A stretch of 64,000 nt of DNA. It comes from Thermodesulfobacteriota bacterium. Lineage in GTDB: Bacteria > Desulfobacterota > Binatia > Bin18. The notes under the pieces are model-generated. The model saw nothing but the letters and a program-made list of their open reading frames with translations, ran no database searches and had not been told where the DNA came from. The stretch covers positions 1,088,001-1,152,000 of the forward strand of contig OZ219926.1 of NCBI GenBank assembly GCA_964291405.2, written 5' to 3'. The first letter of the stretch is position 1. Every line of letters begins with the position of its first letter. The translations under genes and the position numbers were made by a program. This document shows, piece by piece, positions 30,690 through 40,600 of the stretch.

Positions 30690-31373
30690 ATGCGCTTCGA
30701 CAAGTTCCGGTTCGGTATCACAGACACCGCACAGGCCCTTGGTCTCAAAGCCGTCTGCTTTGTGATTGAGGGGGTCCACAATCAACCCACACATCCGGAG
30801 TTTGAAAAACTCAAGGCGCAGACGCTGGCCCAGGTGACCGCAGACCTCTCGTCCGAAGCCATACAGGCCGATCCTATTCTGGGGGGTTTTCGTGCCCTGC
30901 ATGACGCGATTGAGCGCTCCAATCGGAAAAATGTGGCCTCGCCGGAAAGCTTGCTCAAGCTGGTCTTACAAACAGGCGGACTGCCGCAGGTCAATCTGCT
31001 GGTTGATATCTATAACCTCGTGTCAGTGAAAACCCGTCTCTCTTTGGGGGCGCACGACCTCAGGGCGATCAACGGCAATGTTCAGCTTCGTCTCACGGAC
31101 GGCAGCGAGACCTTTTGGCCGATGGGTTCGGACAAGCCCAAAGTCGTGAGCCCCGGCGAATACGCCTACATCGATGACGCGCACAACGTGCTGTGTCGCT
31201 TGGAAGTACGCCAGTGCGAGAGAACGAAAATCACCCTCGATACGACCGACGGTTTTTTCATCGTGCAGGGCAATGCCCGGACAGCAGAGACCTACCTGCA
31301 CCACACAGCGAACGAACTCCTCGCCCTCATCAAACGGTTTTGCGGTGGGCAGGCACGCGTGCTGTCGCAGTGA
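30690..31373 (+). CDS. Stand-alone B3/B4-domain protein (PheRS-beta editing-like)
   Basis: SPESLL...LPQVNLLVDIYNLVS...SLGAHDL...GEYAYID. Confidence 0.85.
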   Translation: MRFDKFRFGITDTAQALGLKAVCFVIEGVHNQPTHPEFEKLKAQTLAQVTADLSSEAIQADPILGGFRALHDAIERSNRKNVASPESLLKLVLQTGGLPQVNLLVDIYNLVSVKTRLSLGAHDLRAINGNVQLRLTDGSETFWPMGSDKPKVVSPGEYAYIDDAHNVLCRLEVRQCERTKITLDTTDGFFIVQGNARTAETYLHHTANELLALIKRFCGGQARVLSQ

Positions 31374-31384
31374 GGCTGCTCGTT

Positions 31385-32218
31385 TCAGATACCCCTTCGG
31401 GAGTCCTCTTCTCCGGTGGGCAGGTTGTGGTCCATCTCGAACGCCGGCTGCTGGAGTTTGGCGCAGTGGCCCACCAGCTTGGCCGGTACACCGGCAACCG
31501 TACAGCCCGACGGGACATTGTTGAGCACGACACTCCCCGCGCCCACTTTCGCGTTTGCCCCGACCTCGACATTGCCCAGAATCTTGGCCCCGGCACTGAT
31601 CAACACCCCCGTCCGAATCTTGGGATGCCGGTCACCGGTCTCTTTTCCGGTTCCTCCGAGGGTCACTTCCTGGAGCATGGACACATTGTCCTCAACCACG
31701 GCCGTCTCCCCAATGACGAGGCTGCTGCCGTGGTCAATAAAGATTCCCGAACCAATGCGGGCCGCCGGGTGGATATCCACGCTGAAGACTTCCGAAATCC
31801 GATTCTGCAAGCAGAAGGCCAAGGTCTTCCGGTCCTGCTGCCACAGCCAGTGCGCCACGCGATAGGCCTCGAGCGCGTGCAAACCCTTATAGTACAGCAG
31901 AGGCGCTGAATAGAACGAACAGGCCGGATCGCGGTCGCGAACCGCGCAAATGTCCGCCCGAACAGCCTGACCGATCTGCTGGTCATCGATCAGCGCTTCC
32001 ATAATAATATCGCGCAGGGTAATGGACGGCAGATTGAGATTCGTCAGCTTCCCGGCCAAAAGATAGCTCAGCGCTTCCTCCAGTGAGGAGTGATTCAGAA
32101 TAATCGAGTGTAAAAAGCTCGCCAGCACCGGCTCGCGGTCGGCTTCCAGCGCGGCTTCGTCTCGAATGGCTTGCCAGACCCAGTCGTCAGATGTTTGGTG
32201 TTGCTCAACGGCGCGCAT
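31385..32218 (-). CDS. cysE: Serine O-acetyltransferase
   Basis: RDPAC, YKGLHALEAYRVAHWLW, VDIHPAARIG, TLGGTGKETGDRHPKI. Start trimmed to ATG 32218. Confidence 0.95.
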   Translation of the reverse strand: MRAVEQHQTSDDWVWQAIRDEAALEADREPVLASFLHSIILNHSSLEEALSYLLAGKLTNLNLPSITLRDIIMEALIDDQQIGQAVRADICAVRDRDPACSFYSAPLLYYKGLHALEAYRVAHWLWQQDRKTLAFCLQNRISEVFSVDIHPAARIGSGIFIDHGSSLVIGETAVVEDNVSMLQEVTLGGTGKETGDRHPKIRTGVLISAGAKILGNVEVGANAKVGAGSVVLNNVPSGCTVAGVPAKLVGHCAKLQQPAFEMDHNLPTGEEDSRRGI

Positions 32219-32335
32219 GCAGGTCCTCCCGAGAAAACTTTCTGGTATAATCAGGCTTTCTCCTTGCCTAGGCTTTTCCTCTACACGGAACGGCGAGGAA
32301 GAACAACATGATAGTACGAATATGGGATACGCTGT

Positions 32336-32887
32336 ATGAAACGTCTCTGTGTTTTTACCGGGTCGTACCTGGGCGCCCGACCGGAATATCTCTCGGCCGC
32401 CCAAGCACTTGGCAGAGAACTGGCCACCCGGGGCCTCGAACTGGTCTACGGAGGAGCGCATATCGGTCTCATGGGCGCGCTGGCTGACACTGTCCTGGCC
32501 GAGAACGGGCGGGTGATCGGCGTCATTCCCGACACGCTGGTTGACCGTGAGGTGGCTCATCATGGTCTCTCGGAACTCCACGTGGTCGGCTCCATGCATG
32601 AGCGCAAGGCGAAAATGGCCGAACTCGCCGACGGGGTGATCGCCCTGCCCGGTGGCATTGGCACACTGGAGGAATTGTTTGAAGCCCTCACCTGGCGGGC
32701 GTTGAATATCCACGCCAAGCCCTGCGGCCTGCTGAACATCAATCATTACTACGATCTGCTGCTTCAATTCTTGCAGCACAGCGTGAATGAGCAGTTTTTG
32801 AAAGCGCAGTATCGCGCCCTGCTGCTGGTTGAAGAACATCCAGGCAAGCTCCTTGATCACTTGGAACAACAAGAGGGCTCACCATGA
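32336..32887 (+). CDS. LOG-family nucleotide monophosphate phosphoribohydrolase (TIGR00730)
   Basis: [24 protein letters not shown] motifs. Confidence 0.9.
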   Translation: MKRLCVFTGSYLGARPEYLSAAQALGRELATRGLELVYGGAHIGLMGALADTVLAENGRVIGVIPDTLVDREVAHHGLSELHVVGSMHERKAKMAELADGVIALPGGIGTLEELFEALTWRALNIHAKPCGLLNINHYYDLLLQFLQHSVNEQFLKAQYRALLLVEEHPGKLLDHLEQQEGSP

Positions 32888-33249
32888 CGCATACGCCCAT
32901 CAATCTGACGCAAAAACTCACCACGTTCTCAGACCATTGGTCCCCCAAAATCGTCGCCCGGATGAACGACTATCATCTCAAGCTGGTCAAACTCAAAGGC
33001 GATTTTGTCTGGCACAGGCATGTTGAGACGGACGAAGTCTTTCTTGTTCTACAGGGATCGATGCGGATTGATTTTCGGGATGGCAGCGTTGAGCTGAGGG
33101 CGGGAGAAATGTTTGTTGTGCCGAAAGGCGTCGAGCATAAACCGTGGGCCGAAAAGGAATGTCATGTCCTGCTGGTTGAGCCCGCCGGCACGGTCAATAC
33201 AGGCGACGCCGGTGGCGCCTTGACCGCCGATGATGATAGTTGGGTCTAG
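32884..33249 (+). CDS. Cupin-domain protein
   Basis: WSPKIV...FVWHRH.ETDE.F...[10 protein letters not shown]. Confidence 0.88.
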   Translation: MTHTPINLTQKLTTFSDHWSPKIVARMNDYHLKLVKLKGDFVWHRHVETDEVFLVLQGSMRIDFRDGSVELRAGEMFVVPKGVEHKPWAEKECHVLLVEPAGTVNTGDAGGALTADDDSWV

Positions 33250-33258
33250 GAGCCCCCT

Positions 33259-33744
33259 ATGTCTACCGTCACCGTTGTTGAAGCGGACTTGCATCGGCCC
33301 GATCACCAAGAGGCAGTCCTCCAGCTCGTGAACAATTACGCCCGCGATCCGATGGGCAATAGTCAAGACCTGCCGCAAGACGTGTGCACTCGCCTTATTC
33401 CAGGCCTACAGGCCCACCCGACAACGTTGATTTTCCTGGCCTATCGAGGAGACGAAGCCGTGGGGATTGCCGTGTGTTTCCGGGGTTTCTCCACCTTTGC
33501 TGCGAAACCGCTGATAAACATCCACGACTTGGCGGTAAATCCGGACTGTCGTGGACAAGGCATCGGGCGCTTATTATTACAGCACGTAGAACACACGGCA
33601 CGTGAGTTGGGCTGCTGTAAGCTGACATTGGAAGTACAACTCAATAATACGGTTGCCCAAGGATTGTATTTGGGTGTCGGCTTTATTCGAGCGACCTATG
33701 ATCCGGAGGCTGGACAGGTTCTTTTTCTGCAAAAGCCGCTGTGA
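33259..33744 (+). CDS. GNAT N-acetyltransferase
   Basis: NIHDLAV...RGQGIGRLLL, CCKLTLEV. Confidence 0.88.
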   Translation: MSTVTVVEADLHRPDHQEAVLQLVNNYARDPMGNSQDLPQDVCTRLIPGLQAHPTTLIFLAYRGDEAVGIAVCFRGFSTFAAKPLINIHDLAVNPDCRGQGIGRLLLQHVEHTARELGCCKLTLEVQLNNTVAQGLYLGVGFIRATYDPEAGQVLFLQKPL

Positions 33745-33862
33745 CACAATTCTTCTTTCATCGAGCAGTACGAAAAAGATGGCGAACACGAGATGGAGGC
33801 ATAGACGACCGTCCCGATTGCGTGCTTGACTCCCTCATCACAGCGGTCTACTCCTCAGAAGG

Positions 33863-34096
33863 ATGAAAACAATCTCGATTGCCGTGGACGAGCACTTGCT
33901 CGAACAGATTGATACCCTTGCCCAGGCTAGACACAAGAAGCGAGCTGAGTTGTTCAGTGAAGCCGTTCGCCAGTGGCTCAAACAGCAGCAGCTCAAAGCA
34001 CTCGTAAAACAGGACCGCCAGGGCTATCGCAAAAAACCTGTCCAAGCCGATGAATTTGGGCCTCTCCTCCGCGCCCAACAGTGGGAGAAAATGTGA
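33863..34096 (+). CDS. CopG/RHH antitoxin
   Basis: MKTISIAVDEHLLEQID...RAELFSEAVRQWL; overlaps the toxin gene. Confidence 0.8.
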   Translation: MKTISIAVDEHLLEQIDTLAQARHKKRAELFSEAVRQWLKQQQLKALVKQDRQGYRKKPVQADEFGPLLRAQQWEKM

Positions 34097-34410
34097 GGCG
34101 CGGTGAGATTTGGAATTTTCGTTTTGACAGACCGGACAAACAACGTCCGGTACTTATCCTGACTCGCCAAGAGATCATTCCCGTGCTGCATACGGTCACA
34201 GTGGCACCCCTCACAACTACAATTCGAGGCGTGCCGAGTGAAGTCGTGCTCGGTCCTGAAGCTGGTCTTAAAACTCAATCCGCCATCAATCTCCACCATC
34301 TGGTTACTGTTCCAAAGTCTCAACTTAGGCGCTTTGTCGGAACTGTTTCTCCTGCAACACTCCAACGCGTCAAGGAGGCTATGCTCTTCGCTCTAGGTTT
34401 TGACGATTAG
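34081..34410 (+). CDS. mazF: PemK/MazF toxin
   Basis: RRGEIW...DKQRPVLILTR...VTVAPLTTTIRG. True start may be GTG at 34093. Confidence 0.85.
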   Translation: MGENVRRGEIWNFRFDRPDKQRPVLILTRQEIIPVLHTVTVAPLTTTIRGVPSEVVLGPEAGLKTQSAINLHHLVTVPKSQLRRFVGTVSPATLQRVKEAMLFALGFDD

Positions 34411-34471
34411 CCGACGGGGCCGGCGGGGTATGCCCTGCGCCTCACAGGCGACTTGCAGTTGCGATTCTCAC

Positions 34472-34978
34472 ATGGACACTCCGCCGCCGGACTACTATTA
34501 CCGCAACTTCCCTTCCCAGGTCCTGCCTGCCCGAACGCCGTTTACCCGTGTCGGTCGGGGGGATGCCGGACTCTTGTTTATTTATGTCTCCAATCGCCGC
34601 CAACGCTGGAGCGTCTTACTCGACAAGAAGCAGGTGGAGCACATCTATCCGGAAGCACGCAAGCAGATTCCGCCCGGCTTCGCGCACGTCTGGTTGTTGG
34701 AAAAATGCTATAGTACGCGCCCTGCCGGTTTCCACACACGGACAAAACACGCCTCTCCGCTCCGCCAGCCCGCTCACGGAGACCGCACCCCGGTCACCGG
34801 ACTGGGAGAGTCGTTCATTCTCTTAGCCGAACCATCTCCCGCGCCCGGCGTGCAGGGCGACGTCCTGTCCTACCACTTGCAGGAAGGGGCTGCTATCGAG
34901 GCGGCCGAAGAATACACCAAACGGTTCCACCGTCGCGCCGTGGTGGGTTTGCTGGTGTGGGACGATTATTGGTTCTAG
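34472..34978 (+). CDS. Hypothetical protein
   Basis: ORF from MDTPPPDYYYRNFP to GLLVWDDYWF; family not recognised. Confidence 0.5.
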   Translation: MDTPPPDYYYRNFPSQVLPARTPFTRVGRGDAGLLFIYVSNRRQRWSVLLDKKQVEHIYPEARKQIPPGFAHVWLLEKCYSTRPAGFHTRTKHASPLRQPAHGDRTPVTGLGESFILLAEPSPAPGVQGDVLSYHLQEGAAIEAAEEYTKRFHRRAVVGLLVWDDYWF

Positions 34979-35214
34979 CGTGTTTCACGATCAGTTGTAG
35001 CCATTCAGCCGTTCGTGTGGGAGCTGCCAGCGGAGGGAGGGATTCTGACACCGGAGGGCCATCGCATTCCAGGCCCAGCCCTGAGCACGGCAACGGTGAT
35101 CGCGGCGATACCCCGTAGGCTTGTCACGAACATGTTCCACTCCTCCTCTTCCCCTGCCGCCTCTCCACCCCCTGCCGTGCTTTTGCTGTCGCAGCAGGAG
35201 GGCAGCGTGGTTTT

Positions 35215-35309
35215 GTGATCACCAGCCCCAACCGCACCACGTTCGCCTGCTGGGTGATGCCTTGCTTGCGGTCAATCTGCTTCAGGGACCAATAGCCGGA
35301 GACTGCCAT
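35215..35309 (-). pseudogene. Degenerate fragment of a LuxR-type HTH C-terminus
   Basis: YWSLKQIDRKQGITQQANVVRLGLVI aligns by eye with HWHLGQMYHKLGLTRQADLVRLVLSL of the adjacent regulator. Confidence 0.55.
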
Positions 35310-35384
35310 ACGTCCCGGCGGCCCGCGCTGGCCAGGCCACCAAGGGCGGGCCCTGGGGGGCAGCCGGCCCTACCGCGCTCAGGC

Positions 35385-36512
35385 TCACTCGGCGAGCGAC
35401 AGCACCAGGCGCACCAGATCCGCCTGCCGGGTAAGGCCGAGCTTGTGGTACATCTGCCCCAGGTGCCAGTGGATGGATTTTTCCCGTAGCCCCGTCGCCG
35501 CGGCTATCTCGCGCACGCTCTTGCCTTCCGCCAACCACACCGCCACCTGGCTCTCCGTCGGCGAGAGCTCCAGGGCCGCAGCCACCAGCATCGGATCGAG
35601 GCGGGACTGGCGGCCCGGCTCGGCGATCAGCACCAGCGCGGCGACCCGCTGCGCCCCAAAGTCTGGCCGCCGGACGACCACGGGTTTGACGTGCACCACG
35701 AGCGGCGGCCCCACGGCCGCACGCCGGAGCAGCATCGACCCACTGAGGGCGCTCCCGGCAGTCGGCAACGCCTGAGCCACGAGGCGCGCCAGCCGGGCTT
35801 GGTCGGCCGGGGCGCGGGCCCGCAGTTCGCCGTCCCGGTCGAACACGCCATCGCCATGGCGCAGCAGGGCCCGGGCGCGGTCATTCGCCTCCACGATCCG
35901 CCCCCGCCGGTCCAGGTAGAGGACGCCCATCCGCGGCGTGTCGAGCAGCCCGGCCGCCGACACGCCCTGCGCCTCGGCTTTGGCCAGCGTCTGCTGAACC
36001 CGGACAAATTGGCGAATATGGGGCAGCAGCCCCTGAAGTAGCGCCAGTTGCGGCCCTTCCCAGCCCCCCGGGCCGACCGGGTCAGCGGTAGCCCAGGTGA
36101 TATGGGAGCCGTCCGGCCCGTCCAGACGGACATTCAAGCTGTCCTGGCTGCTGGCCCGGAGCATCGACTCGTTGTAGGCAGGCGAGGTCTGCAACTCCTC
36201 GGCCGTGTACAGGTCGGTGATGTGGACCACGCGGCTGTCAGGCAGGCGCCGTACGCGCGGCACGCGCTCGTCGATGGGGTGATAGAGGGTGAGGTATTCG
36301 CGCTCCAGGTCTTCGCGGCGCTCCCCCCGGTAGTGGGCCTGGGCGAAAAGGACTCGGACATCGTCCTTGGGGCCGGCGCCGACCAGCAGGCCATTCCCTT
36401 GCATACCACAGGCCTCATCGATCAGGGCGGAGGTGACCGACCACAGGGTCTCGTCGAGCATAGTCTCGTATAAAGAGGCCAGGATCCGTTCAAACACGTC
36501 TTGGTCACTCAT
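35385..36512 (-). CDS. LuxR/CsgD-family regulator with GAF/PAS-like sensor region
   Basis: C-terminal LSPTESQVAVWLAEGKSVREIA HTH; central LD..GRIVEAN..A PAS-like segment. Confidence 0.85.
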   Translation of the reverse strand: MSDQDVFERILASLYETMLDETLWSVTSALIDEACGMQGNGLLVGAGPKDDVRVLFAQAHYRGERREDLEREYLTLYHPIDERVPRVRRLPDSRVVHITDLYTAEELQTSPAYNESMLRASSQDSLNVRLDGPDGSHITWATADPVGPGGWEGPQLALLQGLLPHIRQFVRVQQTLAKAEAQGVSAAGLLDTPRMGVLYLDRRGRIVEANDRARALLRHGDGVFDRDGELRARAPADQARLARLVAQALPTAGSALSGSMLLRRAAVGPPLVVHVKPVVVRRPDFGAQRVAALVLIAEPGRQSRLDPMLVAAALELSPTESQVAVWLAEGKSVREIAAATGLREKSIHWHLGQMYHKLGLTRQADLVRLVLSLAE

Positions 36513-37080
36513 ACCGTTGCTTCCTGCATTGCGTGCACACACGCCTCTTCCGGTTCACCCTACACGATCGCCCAGCTCCTCTCACCGAGAAAATTACTGG
36601 TTTCCTACATAATATCAGCAGATATTTTCATAAAATAATAAAGAGGGCCGGATAAAGCCCACCGATAACGCCGGGTGGCGGGGATGAAAAAGTGACGCGG
36701 CAGCGCGCTCAATCCGTCGAGCCCGGCCCGGCGCCCCGCTGCGGGGTCTTCCCCTGCTCCCAGAAGGTACTGACAAACCTTGTAAGACTACCTGGTAGTT
36801 TTCCCAGAGTAAAACACCCCGAGATGGTGTATAGGAGCGTTTCACATGCGTGGACGCCGGCCAGGCACCGGACGGCGGTCCCTGGAGAGGGGGGGGGCTG
36901 TGGAGACGCGAGGAATCTTGGGGGGAGCGGGCCGGGGGCAACCAGGTAGAGGCCGGCGGCGCCATGCGGCTGTTGGACAGCGAGACGACGGCGGCAATCT
37001 CGATTCCCGGCGACGGGAAGACGGGCATCGTTGAGATTAATCAGACAAAATGACGTGCAGCGCAGAACGGAGGAGCGCAC

Positions 37081-37617
37081 ATGAGACAGCATACGGATCG
37101 ACGGATGACTTTGTGGGAGGCACGGCGGGTTTTGCTCCTCCATCTCTGTCTGGGGTTGGTGGTCTTGGCGTCGTCTCTGGCACAGGCCGCCTCGCTGGAG
37201 AATCCGAGTGGGGGGCTGTTTTATTCGGGCGTGGGAGTCATCTCGGGCTGGAAGTGTGAAGCCAACGGGGAGCTCACCGTGCGCTTTAACGGGGGAGAGC
37301 CGGTTCCCCTGGTGTACGGCAGCGAGCGGCCCGATGTTCTCGACGCCGGGGCGTGTGCCAGCGCCGATGTCGGCTTTGTGGCTATCTGGAACTGGGCGCG
37401 GCTCGGGGATGGGACCCATACGGCCGTGGCCTACGATGATGGGGAGGAGTTTGCCCGCAGCACGTTTCAGGTCGCCACCCTCGTGGAAGGTGAGGACTTT
37501 GTCCGAGGGATAAGTGGCCGCTTTCGGGCGCGGGACTTTCCGGACCCGGGGGTGAATGTGCTGCTGCGCTGGAATCAGAATGTGCAGGGGTTTGTGATTG
37601 AGGGCGTGGAAGAGTAA
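37081..37617 (+). CDS. Secreted hypothetical protein (LENP...SGVGVISGWKC domain)
   Basis: RBS GGAGGAG, signal peptide ending LAQA, two cysteines, beta-rich. Confidence 0.75.
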   Translation: MRQHTDRRMTLWEARRVLLLHLCLGLVVLASSLAQAASLENPSGGLFYSGVGVISGWKCEANGELTVRFNGGEPVPLVYGSERPDVLDAGACASADVGFVAIWNWARLGDGTHTAVAYDDGEEFARSTFQVATLVEGEDFVRGISGRFRARDFPDPGVNVLLRWNQNVQGFVIEGVEE

Positions 37618-37636
37618 CGGGCCACAGGAGGGCCGC

Positions 37637-40600
37637 ATGAAGAAGCTAAGCACCATCCTGCGTCTCCTGCTCCTAATCGTCCTCCTTGGCTGGACGGGAG
37701 TTATTACACAGCCCGCCTCAGCCCAACAGACCGTCACCCTGTCCGGGCGGGTCACCGACGCTGCCGGCAATGCCGTCTCGGGCGCAACCGTGAATCTGGA
37801 AGACCCCGGCTGGGTTGGACAGGAGACGGACGCGAATGGCAACTATCGCCTCTCGGTGGCCCCGAGGACCTACCGTCTGCGGGTGCGGCCTCGGCACGGT
37901 CCACTCATTGCCCAAAAGATCGAAGGGCTGCGGCTCTCAATGAATACCACCCGCAACTTTGTTTTGGAGGAAGGGGTGACGCTGTCGGGACAGGTCACTG
38001 CCAATGGGCAGCCGGTACCCCATCCGTGGCTGTGGGTCGTAAACGACGAGGGTCAAGAGGTCAGTTTCAATTCTGCGAATGCCTCCGGCCACTACAGTCT
38101 GGGGGTGCCTACCGGGACCTATAAGGTCAACGTGTATAGCGAAGACTTCTTGGGCACGACCGTGGAGGGGGTGGCGATAACCCAGGACACCGTCCTCAAC
38201 ATCACCCTGGAATCCGGCGTACTGCTGGAAGGCACAGTGGTGGACGACGCTGGCCAGCCCGTGCCGGACGCTCAGGTGTGTGCCCGCCTGCCGACCGAGC
38301 GACCGTATGGGCACACCTGTTCTGAGGCCGATCCTGGAGGCCGCTTTCAACTCAGTGTCGCTCCGGAGGTGTATGTCGTTACGGCCACTCCATTAGCCCC
38401 GCTCCACCCGACCCGGCATCGCCTGGAGGTCAGCGGAGCGGGAGTGACAGACCTTGTGCTGACAGTGAGTCGGGACCCCACGCCGTTTGTGCCTGACGAC
38501 CCCCCCAAGGCCGCGCTTATCAGTATCTCCCCGCCTCCGGTGGACGGCGAGGTGACGGTAACCGGAGCGGCCGGTTCCGTTGCACCGCACAGCACGGTCG
38601 TCGCTACGACTCTGGAGACCGGGACCTTTACCACTGCGCAGGCTACGGCCAGTGGAAGCTTTACCGCCAGAGTGTTCGCCCCGGCCAGCACGTCTGTCCT
38701 CATCAAAGCTGACCCGTTCGGTCCGAGCGTGGCGCAGTTTTTACCTGCCCCTGGCGATGAGACCGACCATCCGATTCGACTGAGCAACGGAGAGCAGGGT
38801 GGCAGTCACACGGCGCTCGCAGGCCTCTCCGGAACGATTCTCCGCGTGGCCGACCCCTCAGGCGCAGGCATTCCGAGCGGCGGGGCAGGGCGGATCTATT
38901 GGGACCGGCTTCCCGCTTGGACTTTCCAGGGCTCCATCAATACCCAGACCCTGGCCCCCGGTGATCCGCTACAGGTCCGCGGTAGGGTCCAGATAGATTC
39001 ACCAGCCTTACAGGGGGTCAGCGCGCTCCAGGTGGTTACACGCCTCGAGCTTGAGCGGCTCTCCGACACCGATGGATCGAGTATCCTCCGCCGCAACACT
39101 TTTGCATCTACCTTCGTCACCCCTACCGGGCTACCGATTGAACGGGAGCCTCGGTCTTGGAATGCTGGCTTAAGCCAATTCCAAGACGCACCTTTGGTCA
39201 AAACGTCTTCCACTCAGGCCGAAGCAGAGGTTAATCTGACCCTCGCCCTGCCGCCAGACTTGCCTGCCGGATATTATCGTCCATTTCTTGATTTTGACCT
39301 TCCTGAGATACCACAGGAAGAGCCTCCTAGCCATTCAATTCTTACGCTGACACACTCACCGCGCCGAAGTTCGCCACTCGAAGCCCGCCTGCCGATTATC
39401 CAGGTGGGGAGTCCAGCCCAACCACGCCTGTATTGGACTCTCTTCTTCGACACGCTCAGTAACGGGTCGCGGGGGGTCGTGGCCGTGGAAGACGCCGACC
39501 GTTTTGGCATCGCCCAACGGATTCTCACCTCGTCGGAAACATTTGTGATCCCGCGGCTGGGGATGGCCTCGGGCCAGCCTCTGACCTATCGCCTTGAACC
39601 GTTTGTCCCGACGGTGTCCATTGCCAACGGCGCGCAAGGGAATCTCCCCACCCCGCCTCGCATCCCCTTCCAGTTCCCCTCCGGAAGTCTCACCGTCACG
39701 ATTCACCGCCCCGATGGGACCGAAACGGTTCTGGGACCCGCCCCGTTCGTGCAGCCGCGGCTGAAGAGCCTCGTGGACGACGAGGGCGATCTCTTAGATT
39801 TAGGTGGGGGCCATATCACCAATGCCTACCAACTCAGCACGATGGACCCCCGCTTTGAAGTTTCCTTTGCTCAAGACGGCCTGCACGTCATTACCGTCGA
39901 GGGGACGATTGACGACATCTGGGGGAATACCTGGACCGGAGGTGGGACCTACGAGGTCCAGGTTGGTCGGGTTCTGGCTCTGGATACCGCCGTGCTACCC
40001 GGCACCCACTTTGAGGTGGGCGATGGCTTCAACCCAGGCTTAGTAGTCTCTCCACCGATGACGGCCGAGGTGGAGGTCCGACTTCAGCACATCCCTCACT
40101 CGGATGTCAGCCAGCTCCAGGAGCAGGTGATCCGAGGCCGGACGAACCGCTTTGGATATTTTCAACCGGCGGGCAACAGTGTGATATTCGAGCAGCCGGG
40201 CGAGTACCGGGTGGATATCACGGTACGGGGTCGGGATGACCGGGGGCAACTGTGGATGGGCTCCCGTACTTGGGGCGGCATCGTGGCCCCCATCAATCCC
40301 ACTATCGTCGCCCACGGGCGGCGGGGTATTGATGACCAGGACACGATTGGACCGCAGTGGTTCACGCGTGACCAGATCGGCATTCCGGTTGGTGGAAGCC
40401 ATGTGCACTTTCCCTTTCAGTCCGGCGATGTCACCTGGCTCGAAAATGCAGACGCCTCCATCCCACTCCTGACCTTTCATGACCCGAGCCGCCAGCTCAC
40501 CGAGCTTCTGCGGCCAAGAGCAGACACGATTCCTCTCGGATTTGGCGCCGGTAGCTTTGCGGAGCGCGTCGTGGTGGGCGAAACCCCCCTGTTCCTCAGT

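Noticed and set aside
32219-32872. N-terminal extension of the cysE ORF (495 aa in the track)
   Set aside because: It is the antisense of the LOG gene; CysE homology starts at 32218.
36850-37053. Short ORFs upstream of the secreted-protein operon
   Set aside because: No recognisable homology or clear RBS; left unannotated.
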